Notes: generated by a model from the letters alone, not told the origin. A DNA stretch of 64,000 nt from Octopus bimaculoides (GCF_001194135.2 NC_068981.1:8103518-8167517), one strand, 5' to 3'. Positions 12,086-25,029 are shown, counted from the first letter of the stretch. Program-made: numbers and translations.

Positions 12086-13548
12086 ATATATATATATATA
12101 TATATATANNNNNNNNNNNNNNNNNNNNNNNNNNNNNNNNNNNNNNNNNNNNNNNNNNNNNNNNNNNNNNNNNNNNNNNNNNNNNNNNNNNNNNNNNNNN
12201 NNNNNNNNNNNNNNNNNNNNNNNNNNNNNNNNNNNNNNNNNNNNNNNNNNNNNNNNNNNNNNNNNNNNNNNNNNNNNNNNNNNNNNNNNNNNNNNNNNNN
12301 NNNNNNNNNNNNNNNNNNNNNNNNNNNNNNNNNNNNNNNNNNNNNNNNNNNNNNNNNNNNNNNNNNNNNNNNNNNNNNNNNNNNNNNNNNNNNNNNNNNN
12401 NNNNNNNNNNNNNNNNNNNNNNNNNNNNNNNNNNNNNNNNNNNNNNNNNNNNNNNNNNNNNNNNNNNNNNNNNNNNNNNNNNNNNNNNNNNNNNNNNNNN
12501 NNNNNNNNNNNNNNNNNNNNNNNNNNNNNNNNNNNNNNNNNNNNNNNNNNNNNNNNNNNNNNNNNNNNNNNNNNNNNNNNNNNNNNNNNNNNNNNNNNNN
12601 NNNNNNNNNNNNNNNNNNNNNNNNNNNNNNNNNNNNNNNNNNNNNNNNNNNNNNNNNNNNNNNNNNNNNNNNNNNNNNNNNNNNNNNNNNNNNNNNNNNN
12701 NNNNNNNNNATATATATATATATACAAGTATGTATTTGAACAAAGAGTTTATTAAATTAAAAATGATTAATTATAAAAAATAAATCTTTAAAAAAAACAC
12801 ATTAACACGAAATTTTGGGAAGTAACTTCCTCCTGAAATGTTCGTGTCATTGTATTAAGATTTTTTGATATAATTAATAATTTTCTAGTTTAAGAAAATC
12901 TTTCTTCAAATATTGACAGTATCAAGAAATTTTTTTACAAAAAATATACATATATACAGACACGCGCGTGTGTGTATGTGTGTATGTTGTGTGTTGATAT
13001 AATGCTAATATATATTTCGTTTGAGACGTTTCCTCTCATTTTGAGTCTGTTCCTCAAGACGAGACTCACATGTCGTTCCTCAGAGTCTGTCTTCGTGGCA
13101 GACTCTTTCATTCTCTACAACAGGGCTTCTCTACCATTTTCTGTCTGTAGACCCCTTCGATTCTTATTTCATTCTAGTGCACCCTCATAGCCATTCCTAT
13201 GATATTTTCATTATCAAACATCATGAGGAATTATATTAAAACAATGTTAAAATATTTTGTGCTGAAGTATAACCAATTTATTACTACACATAATTTTTAA
13301 TAACAAAAGTTTTATGCGAACAGCCAAGGGTTAAATAGACCTCTGTTCAGAAGTACTGGTTTGCAAGGAGAGATAAACTCGAGAAAGGAAGACGATGTTC
13401 CAGTATGGCCATAGTTTTGGTAACTAAAATACATGAACGAAGTGAACTCTGATATCACTCCAGTCACCAGGTCAGAATAAAGTTAATTAATTAGATGTAA
13501 CTTCTTACAAAAGGGGAGATGCAGAAGTCGAATGAATGCTAGACATAT

Positions 13549-13955
13549 TCTTTTCTTCTCTAGGCACAAGGCCCGAAAGTTGTTGTTTTTTTATGGGGGG
13601 GGGGCTAGTCGATTAGATCGACCCCAGTACGCAACTGGTACTTAATTTATCGAACCCGAAAGGCTGAAAGCAAAGGTGACCTCCGCAGAATTTGAAATCA
13701 GAGCATAAAGACTGACGAAATACCTATTTCTTTACTGCCCACAAGGGGCTACACACAGAGGGGACAAACAAGGACAGACAAACGGATTAAGTCGATTATA
13801 TCGATCCCAGTGCGTAACTGGTACTTAATTTATCGACCCCGAAAGGATGAAAGGCAAAGTCGACCTCGGCGGAATTTGAACTCAGAACGCAGTGGCAGAC
13901 GAAATACCGCTAAGCATTTCGCCCGGTGTGCTAACGTTTCTGCCAGCTCGCCGCC
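13549..13955 (-). mobile_element. Dimeric SINE family B composite inserted as one unit, 16-bp TSD
   Basis: Two related monomers in tandem with different tails, flanked by tgaatgctagacatat (13533-13548 and 13956-13971). Confidence 0.85.
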
Positions 13956-14634
13956 TGAATGCTAGACATATCAAAAACAGGATAAAGATCATCAGAATTA
14001 CAAGACATTTACGAAGAATCTGGGATTAACGTAATCTTCCCCACAGACTATGATTNNNNNNNNNNNNNNNNNNNNNNNNNNNNNNNNNNNNNNNNNNNNN
14101 NNNNNNNNNNNNNNNNNNNNNNNNNNNNNNNNNNNNNNNNNNNNNNNNNNNNNNNNNNNNNNNNNNNNNNNNNNNNNNNNNNNNNNNNNNNNNNNNNNNN
14201 NNNNNNNNNNNNNNNNNNNNNNNNNNNNNNNNNNNNNNNNNNNNNNNNNNNNNNNNNNNNNNNNNNNNNNNNNNNNNNNNNNNNNNNNNNNNNNNNNNNN
14301 NNNNNNNNNNNNNNNNNNNNNNNNNNNNNNNNNNNNNNNNNNNNNNNNNNNNNNNNNNNNNNNNNNNNNNNNNNNNNNNNNNNNNNNNNNNNNNNNNNNN
14401 NNNNNNNNNNNNNNNNNNNNNNNNNNNNNNNNNNNNNNNNNNNNNNNNNNNNNNNNNNNNNNNNNNNNNNNNNNNNNNNNNNNNNNNNNNNNNNNNNNNN
14501 NNNNNNNNNNNNNNNNNNNNNNNNNNNNNNNNNNNNNNNNNNNNNNNNNGTGTGTCTGTGTGTGTGTATGTGTCTGTGTCTGTGTCTGTGTCTCCCTATC
14601 GCTTGACGATCAGTGTTCATTTATTTATCTTCAC

Positions 14635-14778
14635 GTAGCTAAACAGTTCGACAAAAGAAACCGATAGAACAAGTGCCAGATTTCAACTGAAAGATAAGTA
14701 CTAAGCTCACATTGTTCGATTAAAGCTCTACACGGCGGTGCCACAGCATGGCCGCAGCCCAGTGACTGAAAGAGACAA
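14635..14778 (+). mobile_element. SINE family A 3' fragment (degenerate)
   Basis: Contains gaaaccgatagaa...ggcggtgccacagcatggccgcag...tgactgaaa. Confidence 0.65.
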
Positions 14779-15234
14779 AACGATAAAAGAAGACATTATC
14801 CTGGCAAGAACACTATTTGTGATGTCCAGAAATGTTTCCAACTCCAGTCCCCACCAGAGGCGACAGCATGGTGGTCATAAAAATCGGAAGATGCTGAGAA
14901 GGGGAAAAAAGCATACAAAAATGACGATTTTCGTCATTTTGGGGCAAAATACTCTTGCAACCTAAGAGAAAATTTTAAGTGAACATGCACTTAATTTGAC
15001 ATCAGTGTTCCATGGGTATAGTTCCATTGATCGTGAGAATTAAATATCGATTGCAACGGTTAGAACCGGCAATTTTAATTGCAGGTGTTAAGAAAATACA
15101 TATTACATGTTTTAGCCCCACAACAATTTAGGCCAAATTTCGTTAATCAGTTAATCAAAATCATGTTACGCTTTGCTTGAGTGGCCTAGGTAAAAGTTTA
15201 TTTGTCTCAACCCACGCTTAGCTCATATTCCATC

Positions 15235-15528
15235 TGTGTATAAAATTTCAAGAAAATCGGTTGAAAACCTCAAAAGTTATAGCAGAAAAAACATTCATAT
15301 GAGAATTTGCATTGAAATGTCCAACTGATTTTTGGAAAATCGATGCTGATTAAAAATTATCGATTTTTTTAAATGTAACCTAAGTAACGGCATGGGCATA
15401 AGCCCCACACACGTGTCAAGTTTCATCAAGATCGGTTGGATAGTCTCGGAGGAGTTAAAGTAACAAATTCACAAGCACATACACACACATCCACAAACAG
15501 ACAGAAATTGCCATTTATGTATATAGAT
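15235..15528 (+). mobile_element. Non-autonomous Helitron/Lep1/DINE-1-like terminal segment
   Basis: Reads aagtttcatcaagatcggttg...ggaggagtt...(CA)/(CAGA) tract...atttatgtatatagat, the layout of Lep1/HINE-type ends (recalled similarity). Confidence 0.45.
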
Positions 15529-15698
15529 ATACGACGGGCTTCTTTCAGTTTCCGTCTACCAACCCACTCACAAGTGTCTTCTACTATAGTCCGAGGCTAT
15601 AGTAGAAGACACTTGCCCAAGGTGCCACGCAGTGGCACTGAACCCGGAACCATGTGGTTGGTAAGCAAGTTACTTACCACACAGCCACTCCTGCACCT
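15529..15698 (-). mobile_element. SINE family A 5' half with internal 19-bp perfect inverted duplication
   Basis: Matches 55980-56145, except that caagtgtcttctactatag-tccgagg-ctatagtagaagacacttg (15571-15615) replaces the usual sequence. Confidence 0.85.
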
Positions 15699-16271
15699 AC
15701 ATATATGTTGCCATACACATTCGCTACCTTTCTTACAAAAAATCTAATGCTCTTAGTTTAGACTTTTTGCGGGGCAACCAGATCGAACTGTCTCAAGTGA
15801 AACTGTCCGAAACTGTAAGGACTTCTGGTAACTTGACTGAGGAAAGAAGGCCACGAACGCCCCGTCATTTTTTGCCTGTCCTTCTAAATGTTGTTTCTCC
15901 TGTCTACTTTTGTATCGTCTAACTGTCCGAATGTTATAATGTCCTCCATTGCGATTTTGTTCCATTTTATACATATANNNNNNNNNNNNNNNNNNNNNNN
16001 NNNNNNNNNNNNNNNNNNNNNNNNNNNNNNNNNNNNNNNNNNNNNNNNNNNNNNNNNNNNNNNNNNNNNNNNNNNNNNNNNNNNNNNNNNNNNNNNNNNN
16101 NNNNNNNNNNNNNNNNNNNNNNNNNNNNNNNNNNNNNNNNNNNNNNNNNNNNNNNNNNNNNNNNNNNNNNNNNNNNNNNNNNNNNNNNNNNNNNNNNNNN
16201 NNNNNNNNNNNNNNNNNNNNNNNNNNNNNNNNNNNNNNNNNNNNNNNNNNNNNNNNNNNNNNNNNNNNNNA

Positions 16272-16313
<42 letters not shown>

Positions 16314-16699
16314 CATGTATATATATATATAATATATATACATATATCGTTAGATAGGTAGATTGATATATAAATAACTATATGATAGGTATACAATGCA
16401 TTCATAGACCGTAATATTTACATACACATATACCGGCACATATACTCTGGCATGCTCATACATATACACACACATAGATACATACCCGCATATATATACA
16501 TACATACATACACACACACATACATACATACACACACACATACATACATACACACACACATGGCCTAATAAAAATAGGAAATTGCAATTTGTTCGTTGCC
16601 AGTCAGCCTCAGCAGTATCACTAAATCTGAAGAAGCTTTCCTTTGGCTGCCGGCAACAAAAACTCATTAAACACTTCGTTCTATTTCATTAAAAGATAT

Positions 16700-16798
16700 T
16701 ATTATCATCATCACCATCACCATCATCATCAACGTCACCATCATCATCATTGTTATCATTCTCATCGTCTTGTTGCAATTATTACTACGATTACTACG

Positions 16799-16857
<59 letters not shown>

Positions 16858-16999
16858 CATCATTATTATTATTATTATCATTATTATCATTATTATTATT
16901 ATTATTATTATTACTACAACTACTACTACAACCGTTGTAATAGTAGTAACAGTCGTAGCCGTACTAGAAGCGGTAATGAGGTGATACTAGTGGCCGGGA

Positions 17000-17042
<43 letters not shown>

Positions 17043-17050
17043 TATTGTGT
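16700..17050. repeat. Compound trinucleotide microsatellites (CAT/TAT/TAC/TAG)
   Basis: Direct reading. Confidence 0.95.
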
Positions 17051-18191
17051 ATCAAATATATTTTTTTCTTATGTTTTGAGATTGTTGTTCTTTCTTTGCG
17101 ACTCCAATTGTTGCTGACACTGGTTGGTTTCTAGTGCTCAAGGTGAAAAGAAGCTTTTCCTGCAAATAAAAAGGAAGGGTCATATCCATGTGTGTGGGGG
17201 GGGAGGGGTTATACAGATGCATGTATGTGAACATATGTCTGTATCTGTATAATGTAACACAGATGGCTGATTGAAACGAAATACTTCTTATATTAAACTG
17301 GAATAGATATTTATATAACGTTTATTCTTCCTAAACTATATATACATATAGATAGATAGATAGATAGATAGATACATACATACATACATACATACATACA
17401 TACATACATACAGAGAACCATATGTATGTGTGCATGTGTGTGTGGCGTGTGTGTGTGCTTGTATGTATATATGTATGCGTGTATATGTATAAGTCGTTAT
17501 GGTCAATCCGCGAAATAATATAGAATAATTCTGCACAGTCATAAAGTTACAAATAGTTAAAAATCCTTCAAATACGAGTAAATCTGGGAGGCGGAGAGGA
17601 AACAAGCAAACAAAAGGTAAATTAAAACAAAAATTCAAAAATGCAACGCAGACTCAGTGATACAAAAGCACGTGTTCGAAAAGTGTGGGAATATAAAGCG
17701 AATAACAACAAACTAAGAAGTGTACGGTGAAGTTTATTACACTAAATACAGAAATGTAAATACGTCTGCGAGTTTCTTGAAAAGTATGTGCGAGAGAGAC
17801 AGACATGCTGACAGACAGACTGGTAGACAAACTGACTGACATCTTACTTATGTGTGTATATGTTTCTGTATACGTGTGTTGTGTGTGTACTTGTTTAAGT
17901 GTGTGTGAAGGTGTGTGATTAATACCGCAAAAATCTGTGGAGCATACGAAGCCGACATGGAGCTGCGAATTAAATTGCTATAACCTGACACGACGTAAAT
18001 GCACTCATTACTTAAGACAACTCCTAGCATTCGCAGACAATCTGCAACCTTTTTCCTGACAAACGATTCAACTGCAAAAACGTAGAATTGTTTTAGACTG
18101 ACACTTAAAGATAATCCTTCAGTGTATATATATATATATACGCTTATATATATACGAGTATATATAAATGCATATGTAGGTAAGCAGGTAT

Positions 18192-18249
<58 letters not shown>

Positions 18250-18254
18250 GCACT

Positions 18255-18289
<35 letters not shown>

Positions 18290-18493
18290 GTGATAGTGTA
18301 TGTGTGTACGTATCTGTGTATACCATCGAACGGCTCTAAAACGGTGCGTCTTCGAAAAAAACGGATTTTGATTTTCGAAATATAATTTGCTACAAGAAAT
18401 TACTCGACTTTCACATTGCCAAATTTACTTCTCTGTCTCCCATCTGTCTCTTTTTCTTTTACGTTTTTCGCTTCTGGATATATATGTACCAGA

Positions 18494-18531
<38 letters not shown>

Positions 18532-18567
18532 TTCTCTGGTTATGTATATCTCTCGTGCATGCTGCTC

Positions 18568-18611
<44 letters not shown>

Positions 18612-19521
18612 ATCTCTCTTTCTCTCTCTTTATATGACATATAATTGCTTTCATTTTATTCAAAACTGCGTCGTTGTAATGTTTTTACTTTCATTTTGTG
18701 ATAGACAGCTATAACACAAGAGATGCTAGCTTCCAAATCTTGTTTTTTGATTGGGTAAAAATGATCAAACTCTAAACTTCTGTAACATTTTTCGAAATAT
18801 TTTTCAGAATAAATTAATCACAAAATCGTATTCAGCGTGAAATATTACATCAATATATCAAATTTGAAAATTTTCACTTTATTATAAAATTTCGAAATCT
18901 GTCACAAATCTCTCTATATATATTCACTACACTTTTCTCACTCTTTCTCTACATATGTACATCATTCACGCTGATTGTATATGTCCGTGTGTGTGTGTAT
19001 GTTAGTGTGTGTTTACGCATGTGTGTGACGAATTTCATCGAAGCAACAAAGTCGAAAGACCTCACAAAGTATCACCAGCGAGCGCAGGAGAAAACCGAGC
19101 ATATTATGTTTCGATTAGCTGATAAGCGCACAAGATCCTCCGTCACACAGACTTAGGCGACGATGCCCCATTTCAATTCAAACATTTTCAATTTCCAGTG
19201 AATCTTAGTTTTGCCATGACCATCAAAATGTCGCATGGGCAAACATTTTCGGTTAACGTTTTACACATTGAAGAGTCCTGCTTTACCTATGGTCAGCTTT
19301 ACGTTGGATGTTCTCAAGTAGGAAGTAAAAAAACAATCGTTACATCTATGCATCAATGAAAAAATAATTTTAAATTGCCCTAGATGATGCAGAAATCCGT
19401 CCTGGTCAACAGGCCTATCCGTTAGGTAAACATGGTCTGACATGGAATAAAACGAAACTGAAATAAAGGCATTCTACAGTGAAAATTTCCTGGCAACGAC
19501 GGTCTACTCAGCTAGTATATG

Positions 19522-19553
<32 letters not shown>

Positions 19554-19554
19554 A

Positions 19555-19793
19555 AGAATCTGAAAATACAGGAGTCTTTTAAAAGCATTTATTAACTTAA
19601 CCGGTTTCACTTATTTAAAAAGATTTTCAAAAGTAAAGTGTGAGGATTTGTCTATCGTCTGTGGTGTCAAATATTAGTTACATAAATGTAAGCTAATTTT
19701 AGACATCCCAGAGGAGACACAAAGCTTCAAACTTTACTTCTGAAAATCTTTTTTAAACAAATGAAACCGGTTAAGTTAATAAATACCTTTAAA
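19555..19793. mobile_element. Fold-back element with HHR-like motif in each arm (Penelope-like inverted terminus)
   Basis: Arms about 19578-19644 and 19725-19793, the right arm running into a gap. Each arm reads ACTT-(T/C)TGAAAA-T...T-GAAA-CCGG-T-T-AAGT. Confidence 0.7.
19595..19634 (-). ncRNA. Minimal type I hammerhead variant with U3-A8
   Basis: ACUU-UUGAAAA-U(CUUUUUAAAUAAG)U-GAAA-CCGG-U-U-AAGU: 4-bp stem I, palindromic stem III ACCGGU and a GUU triplet. Confidence 0.55.
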
Positions 19794-20850
19794 NNNNNNN
19801 NNNNNNNNNNNNNNNNNNNNNNNNNNNNNNNNNNNNNNNNNNNNNNNNNNNNNNNNNNNNNNNNNNNNNNNNNNNNNNNNNNNNNNNNNNNNNNNNNNNN
19901 NNNNNNNNNNNNNNNNNNNNNNNNNNNNNNNNNNNNNNNNNNNNNNNNNNNNNNNNNNNNNNNNNNNNNNNNNNNNNNNNNNNNNNNNNNNNNNNNNNNN
20001 NNNNNNNNNNNNNNNNNNNNNNNNNNNNNNNNNNNNNNNNNNNNNNNNNNNNNNNNNNNNNNNNNNNNNNNNNNNNNNNNNNNNNNNNNNNNNNNNNNNN
20101 NNNNNNNNNNNNNNNNNNNNNNNNNNNNNNNNNNNNNNNNNNNNNNNNNNNNNNNNNNNNNNNNNNNNNNNNNNNNNNNNNNNNNNNNNNNNNNNNNNNN
20201 NNNNNNNNNNNNNNNNNNNNNNNNNNNNNNNNNNNNNNNNNNNNNNNNNNNNNNNNNNNNNNNNNNNNNNNNNNNNNNNNNNNNNNNNNNNNNNNNNNNN
20301 NNNNNNNNNNNNNNNNNNNNNNNNNNNNNNNNNNNNNNNNNNNNNNNNNNNNNNNNNNNNNNNNNNNNNNNNNNNNNNNNNNNNNNNNNNNNNNNNNNNN
20401 NNNNNNNNNNNNNNNNNNNNNNNNNNNNNNNNNNNNNNNNNNNNNNNNNNNNNNNNNNNNNNNNNNNNNNNNNNNNNNNNNNNNNNNNNNNNNNNNNNNN
20501 NNNNNNNNNNNNNNNNNNNNNNNNNNNNNNNNNNNNNNNNNNNNNNNNNNNNNNNNNNNNNNNNNNNNNNNNNNNNNNNNNNNNNNNNNNNNNNNNNNNN
20601 NNNNNNNNNNNNNNNNNNNNNNNNNNNNNNNNNNCTGGTGAATCTGATGGTGGTGAAAGTTTTATGCCAAAGTTGCTCTTGCTATTATTATATTGTTGAA
20701 ATTACATACATATATACATTCAGGCATGTGTGTATGTATGTGTGTGTGTGGTGTGGTGTGTTCGAAATGTTTAAAACAATGGGATTATGGTTATGGACCC
20801 AGGTGCAAGCTTTTCAGTGAAAAACTAGAAGATTCATATTTGCTTATGGC

Positions 20851-20968
20851 AAGAAGAAGAAGAAGAAGAAGAAGAAGAAGAAGAAGAAGAAGAAGAAGAA
20901 GAAGAAGAAGAAGAAGAAGAAGAAGAAGAAGAAGAAGAAGAAGAAGAAGAAGAAGAAGAAGAAGAAGA
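20851..20968. repeat. (AAG)n microsatellite
   Basis: About 39 units. Explains the poly-Arg and poly-Leu ORFs. Confidence 0.98.
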
Positions 20969-20983
20969 ATGATTTTGAAGACA

Positions 20984-21045
20984 CGAGTAAAGGAGGCCCT
21001 ATACGTAGCAAAACTCATTCGAATCCCAAACTTTAACCGAATTGG
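20984..21045 (+). pseudogene. Penelope-like element GIY-YIG endonuclease C-terminal remnant
   Basis: RVKEALYVAKLIRIPNFNRIG resembles the R-x-K-E-A-(L/I)-x-I...P-x-(L/F)-N-R-x-x-G tail of PLE GIY-YIG domains. Short match. Confidence 0.45.
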
Positions 21046-21694
21046 TCGGTTCGATGCTAGTATAGTTGACCACTCCAGTGTCCATGTACCAAAACAATCT
21101 AATTATAAACTATTATTAAAAAGCATATTTGACTTAATTATTTTAAAATGTTGTCTTTCTTTGGTGGTCTGGAGATACATACACAGAATGCAAAACTTCA
21201 TTGTTCTATATTGCATTTAACTGAGAGGAGACATTTATCTAATAGCTGTGGTTGTGAACACAAATCTTCAGTTGATCTAAAACATTATCGTCGTTTTGAA
21301 GCTCATTTTCATTCGCAAAAAATAGCTATATTCACTACGGAGTCGACATTTATCAACATAAGCGTATCCATTAAACATAGAGGTGTGCCCAAGCCCAAAC
21401 ATTGGGACCGTTAAAAAAAAAACGAAGCCTAAAAATAGACCTAAGAAGATTATATAGTCCAATCCTACTCATTTTCTTGAATGCTAAGACTAACATAATT
21501 AGAAAATTTCTGTCCTTCAGAGATAAGCATTTCCCGAATAGCCATAGGTATAAGAAAATTTGTAATAGACAATCCGTGAACGTTTCTTACAGCTGCTTCC
21601 CCATGAAATCATATTTTCGTGTAAGTCACACCAAGTTCCTACTTCAAAATGTAACTTTAGGAACCCAAATAATGGCCCACTCGACCAGACATGC

Positions 21695-21820
21695 CTGACT
21701 TAGCTCTCCATCGTTTACGACGATGGGTGTTCCAGTTGATTCGATCAACGGAACAGCCTGCTCGTGACATTAACGTGTAAATGGCTGAGAACTCCACAGG
21801 GTGGTTCAGCATGACACACC
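21695..21820 (-). mobile_element. SINE family C 3' fragment
   Basis: Contains gttccagttgattcgatcaacggaacagcctgctcgtgacattaacgtg. Confidence 0.75.
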
Positions 21821-22560
21821 AGGCAGGCATGGTTAGCTCAGTCGTATACGAAACCAAGGTCATCTCAGTTATTGCAAACTAATGACACTGAAAATAAAAA
21901 AAATATATTGGGCTATATGAAATTGACTTTATAAAAATAGGTTAACCACTGGTCTTCTTTCGAGTCGTTTATGAGAAGAAAGCCACTGAGCTAGATACCC
22001 GTATCTGGAACGTGGAGGCCAAGCATACTTACATATCATCAAGTGGAGAATCGTTAGGTGATCTACACCATACATTTTGGGGTCAACACAGTGCAATCAT
22101 TGTATAGCTGCAAGAACGCATATCCTTTTCTAAATCTTAAAACTCCATTGACCTACTGAACGAAATCGTAAATTTTAACAAATTTACAAACATCTCGACA
22201 ATTTCTGCTATCGAACTAAAAAAAAAACCCGCTCTCTCCGGATTAAGCAGAGAGTCGTATAAACTTTAGCCTTTTTCCATCGGGTTAACCCCATCAACCA
22301 TTACTAATTCCCATTCTAATAGACCAAAGGAATATAACTCTTATTTCCCTTCCCTCCAAACCTTCCTTTTCTCACATTTCTGTTGTTTTTTCTCGTTCTT
22401 TCTCGCTCATCTCAGATTCCAGCTATGCTTATTTGGGGCCTGAACGATTGTAGGAGAGCGTACTTTAGGCTACACAAAATTGTCCGGATACTGTACTATC
22501 TAAGCATGAATATTGTGGGAGCTCACATTTAAAGCCTCTGTTAATTATATGTTATATACA

Positions 22561-22925
22561 TGGGCGCAGGCGTGGTAAGAAGTTTGTTTCCCAATCAAAT
22601 GGTTCCGGGTTCAGTCCCACTGCATGGCACCGAGGGCAAGTGTCCTCTATTATAGTCTGGAGCCGACTACTGAGTGGATTTGTTAGAAAGAAACTGAAAG
22701 AATACCACTGAGTGTATTTGTTCATGTATGTACCAATGTGTGTATGTTTGTGCCCCACCATCGCTTGACAACTGACGTTGGTTTGTTTACATCACCCCGT
22801 AAATTAGCGGTTCGGCACAGAATAAGTACCAGGTTTTAAGAATAAATACAGGGGTCGATGTGTTCGAGTAAACTCAAGGCGGTGCCCCAGCATGGCCGCT
22901 GTCCAATGAGTGAAAGAGGTAAACG
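22561..22925 (+). mobile_element. SINE family A, near full length, diverged
   Basis: Colinear with the reverse complement of 55744-56145. Confidence 0.8.
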
Positions 22926-22944
22926 ATGATGTAAACGATGACAT

Positions 22945-23108
22945 ATGTATGGCTGTGTGGTTAGAAGTTTGTTTCCCAAACCACATGGTTCTAGGTTCAG
23001 TCTAGCTGCGTGCCAACTTCGGGAAGTGTCTTTTACTATAGCCCCGGGCCGACCAAAGGCAAAAGACCGGATTTAGTAGACGGAAAATTAAGGAAACCCG
23101 TCTTTTAT
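22945..23108 (+). mobile_element. SINE family A 5' half (runs into gap)
   Basis: Contains ggctgtgtggttagaag...ggttcagtc...aagtgtcttttactatagccccgggccgaccaaag. Confidence 0.8.
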
Positions 23109-23808
23109 ANNNNNNNNNNNNNNNNNNNNNNNNNNNNNNNNNNNNNNNNNNNNNNNNNNNNNNNNNNNNNNNNNNNNNNNNNNNNNNNNNNNNNNNNNNN
23201 NNNNNNNNNNNNNNNNNNNNNNNNNNNNNNNNNNNNNNNNNNNNNNNNNNNNNNNNNNNNNNNNNNNNNNNNNNNNNNNNNNNNNNNNNNNNNNNNNNNN
23301 NNNNNNNNNNNNNNNNNNNNNNNNNNNNNNNNNNNNNNNNNNNNNNNNNNNNNNNNNNNNNNNNNNNNNNNNNNNNNNNNNNNNNNNNNNNNNNNNNNNN
23401 NNNNNNNNNNNNNNNNNNNNNNNNNNNNNNNNNNNNNNNNNNNNNNNNNNNNNNNNNNNNNNNNNNNNNNNNNNNNNNNNNNNNNNNNNNNNNNNNNNNN
23501 NNNNNNNNNNNNNNNNNNNNNNNNNNNNNNNNNNNNNNNNNNNNNNNNNNNNNNNNNNNNNNNNNNNNNNNNNNNNNNNNNNNNNNNNNNNNNNNNNNNN
23601 NNNNNNNNNNNNNNNNNNNNNNNNNNNNNNNNNNNNNNNNNNNNNNNNNNNNNNNNNNNNNNNNNNNNNNNNNNNNNNNNNNNNNNNNNNNNNNNNNNNN
23701 NNNNNNNNNNNNNNNNNNNNNNNNNNNNNNNNNNNNNNNNNNNNNNNNNNNNNNNNNNNNNNNNNNNNNNNNNNNNNNNNNNNNNNNNNNNNNNNNNNNN
23801 NNNNNNNN

Positions 23809-23871
<63 letters not shown>

Positions 23872-24903
23872 TTCAAAGTCTTTTCGGTAAACTTAACGAA
23901 AACTGTCTTAAATGATTCCTGCATGTAACGGAAACACCGCAGAGAACCTGTTGAAGAATGAATAGCTCTTCAATTGCAATTTAACAATTGTTTGCAACTA
24001 TGGAACTTAGTAATTACTGTTCTTGGTGGGGGGAACGTCTAGGAGGACTCTTATATAATGGTCCTTCCAAAATTCTTTATTTTCCAGTGGTGAGAGAAAG
24101 ATCAAGAATTGAAACTTCCATTTTAATCGTGACGAAAGGAAATTAATATTTGACCGAGTGGAAAGAAAAGACATTCCTATTGATACAAATGGTTGACGTA
24201 AATACAATGCTAAACTCTTCACTCATATACGTATTAGAAGTGAAGAATTTATCGGCTCGGTTTGATTCCTTCTTCTCTGTTCCGTCTTCTTCCTCTTACT
24301 ATCCTTCTGTTCCTGTTACTCCAACCACTTCCGAATGGCTGTCAATAAGTTTCGTTAATTGTACCAGAATATGATTTGGGTGGAAAGGACGGTCAATGTT
24401 TAACGAGTTCTGTTTATGGTGGTCTCTTTTATGTGCCAGAACTGTGAACAATAATTGATGCCACGAGGTCACGGGGTTCCTAGCAAAAGACCAGTTCTAC
24501 TTTCTCGGACAAGATCAAGGATTTACTGATCGAGGAGAAACAGAAAGTCCTCAAGTTGCAGCATATATCGCTCAGGGTGAAAAGAAATCAATGGAACTGT
24601 TTGTAGCGTTTGATCAGATATGCGCTTAATCAACTAATTATAAAAGGCTACTTAATTGAGTTTAATTAAAAGGTGACAATAGCATAAAGCTAAAATGTCC
24701 AAAAATACATGGGGAACAGATTAAAGAAGGAAACAATTATATTTCAAAAAGTGCGATATTATAAATCAATCGACGGTTTTTACTCTGTAATGTTTTCAAA
24801 GAAGTAGTACGGCAGGAGTTGTTTTCGTAACACATGGCATTCTGAGTTCGAATCCACGCACATCACTTTAAACATGTGTTTCTTACTATGGCTTAGAGTG
24901 GAT

Positions 24904-24938
<35 letters not shown>

Positions 24939-24976
24939 NNNNNNNNNNNNNNNNNNNACTATGGCTTAGAGTGGAT

Positions 24977-25017
<41 letters not shown>

Positions 25018-25029
25018 TATTCTTATGTA

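Noticed and set aside
13025-13090. Minus-strand TTGAGGA...GAAACGTC resembling a hammerhead
   Set aside because: No stem I pairing and no stem II closing pair; an alternative TGAGA/TCTCA hairpin explains it.
24150-24374. 74-aa ORF in unique sequence
   Set aside because: The Ser/Pro richness derives from a CT-rich tract, and there is no convincing splice context or homology.
24885-24990. Exact duplication of actatggcttagagtggatcaat(at)n on both sides of a short gap
   Set aside because: Typical overlap artefact of scaffolding across a TA microsatellite.
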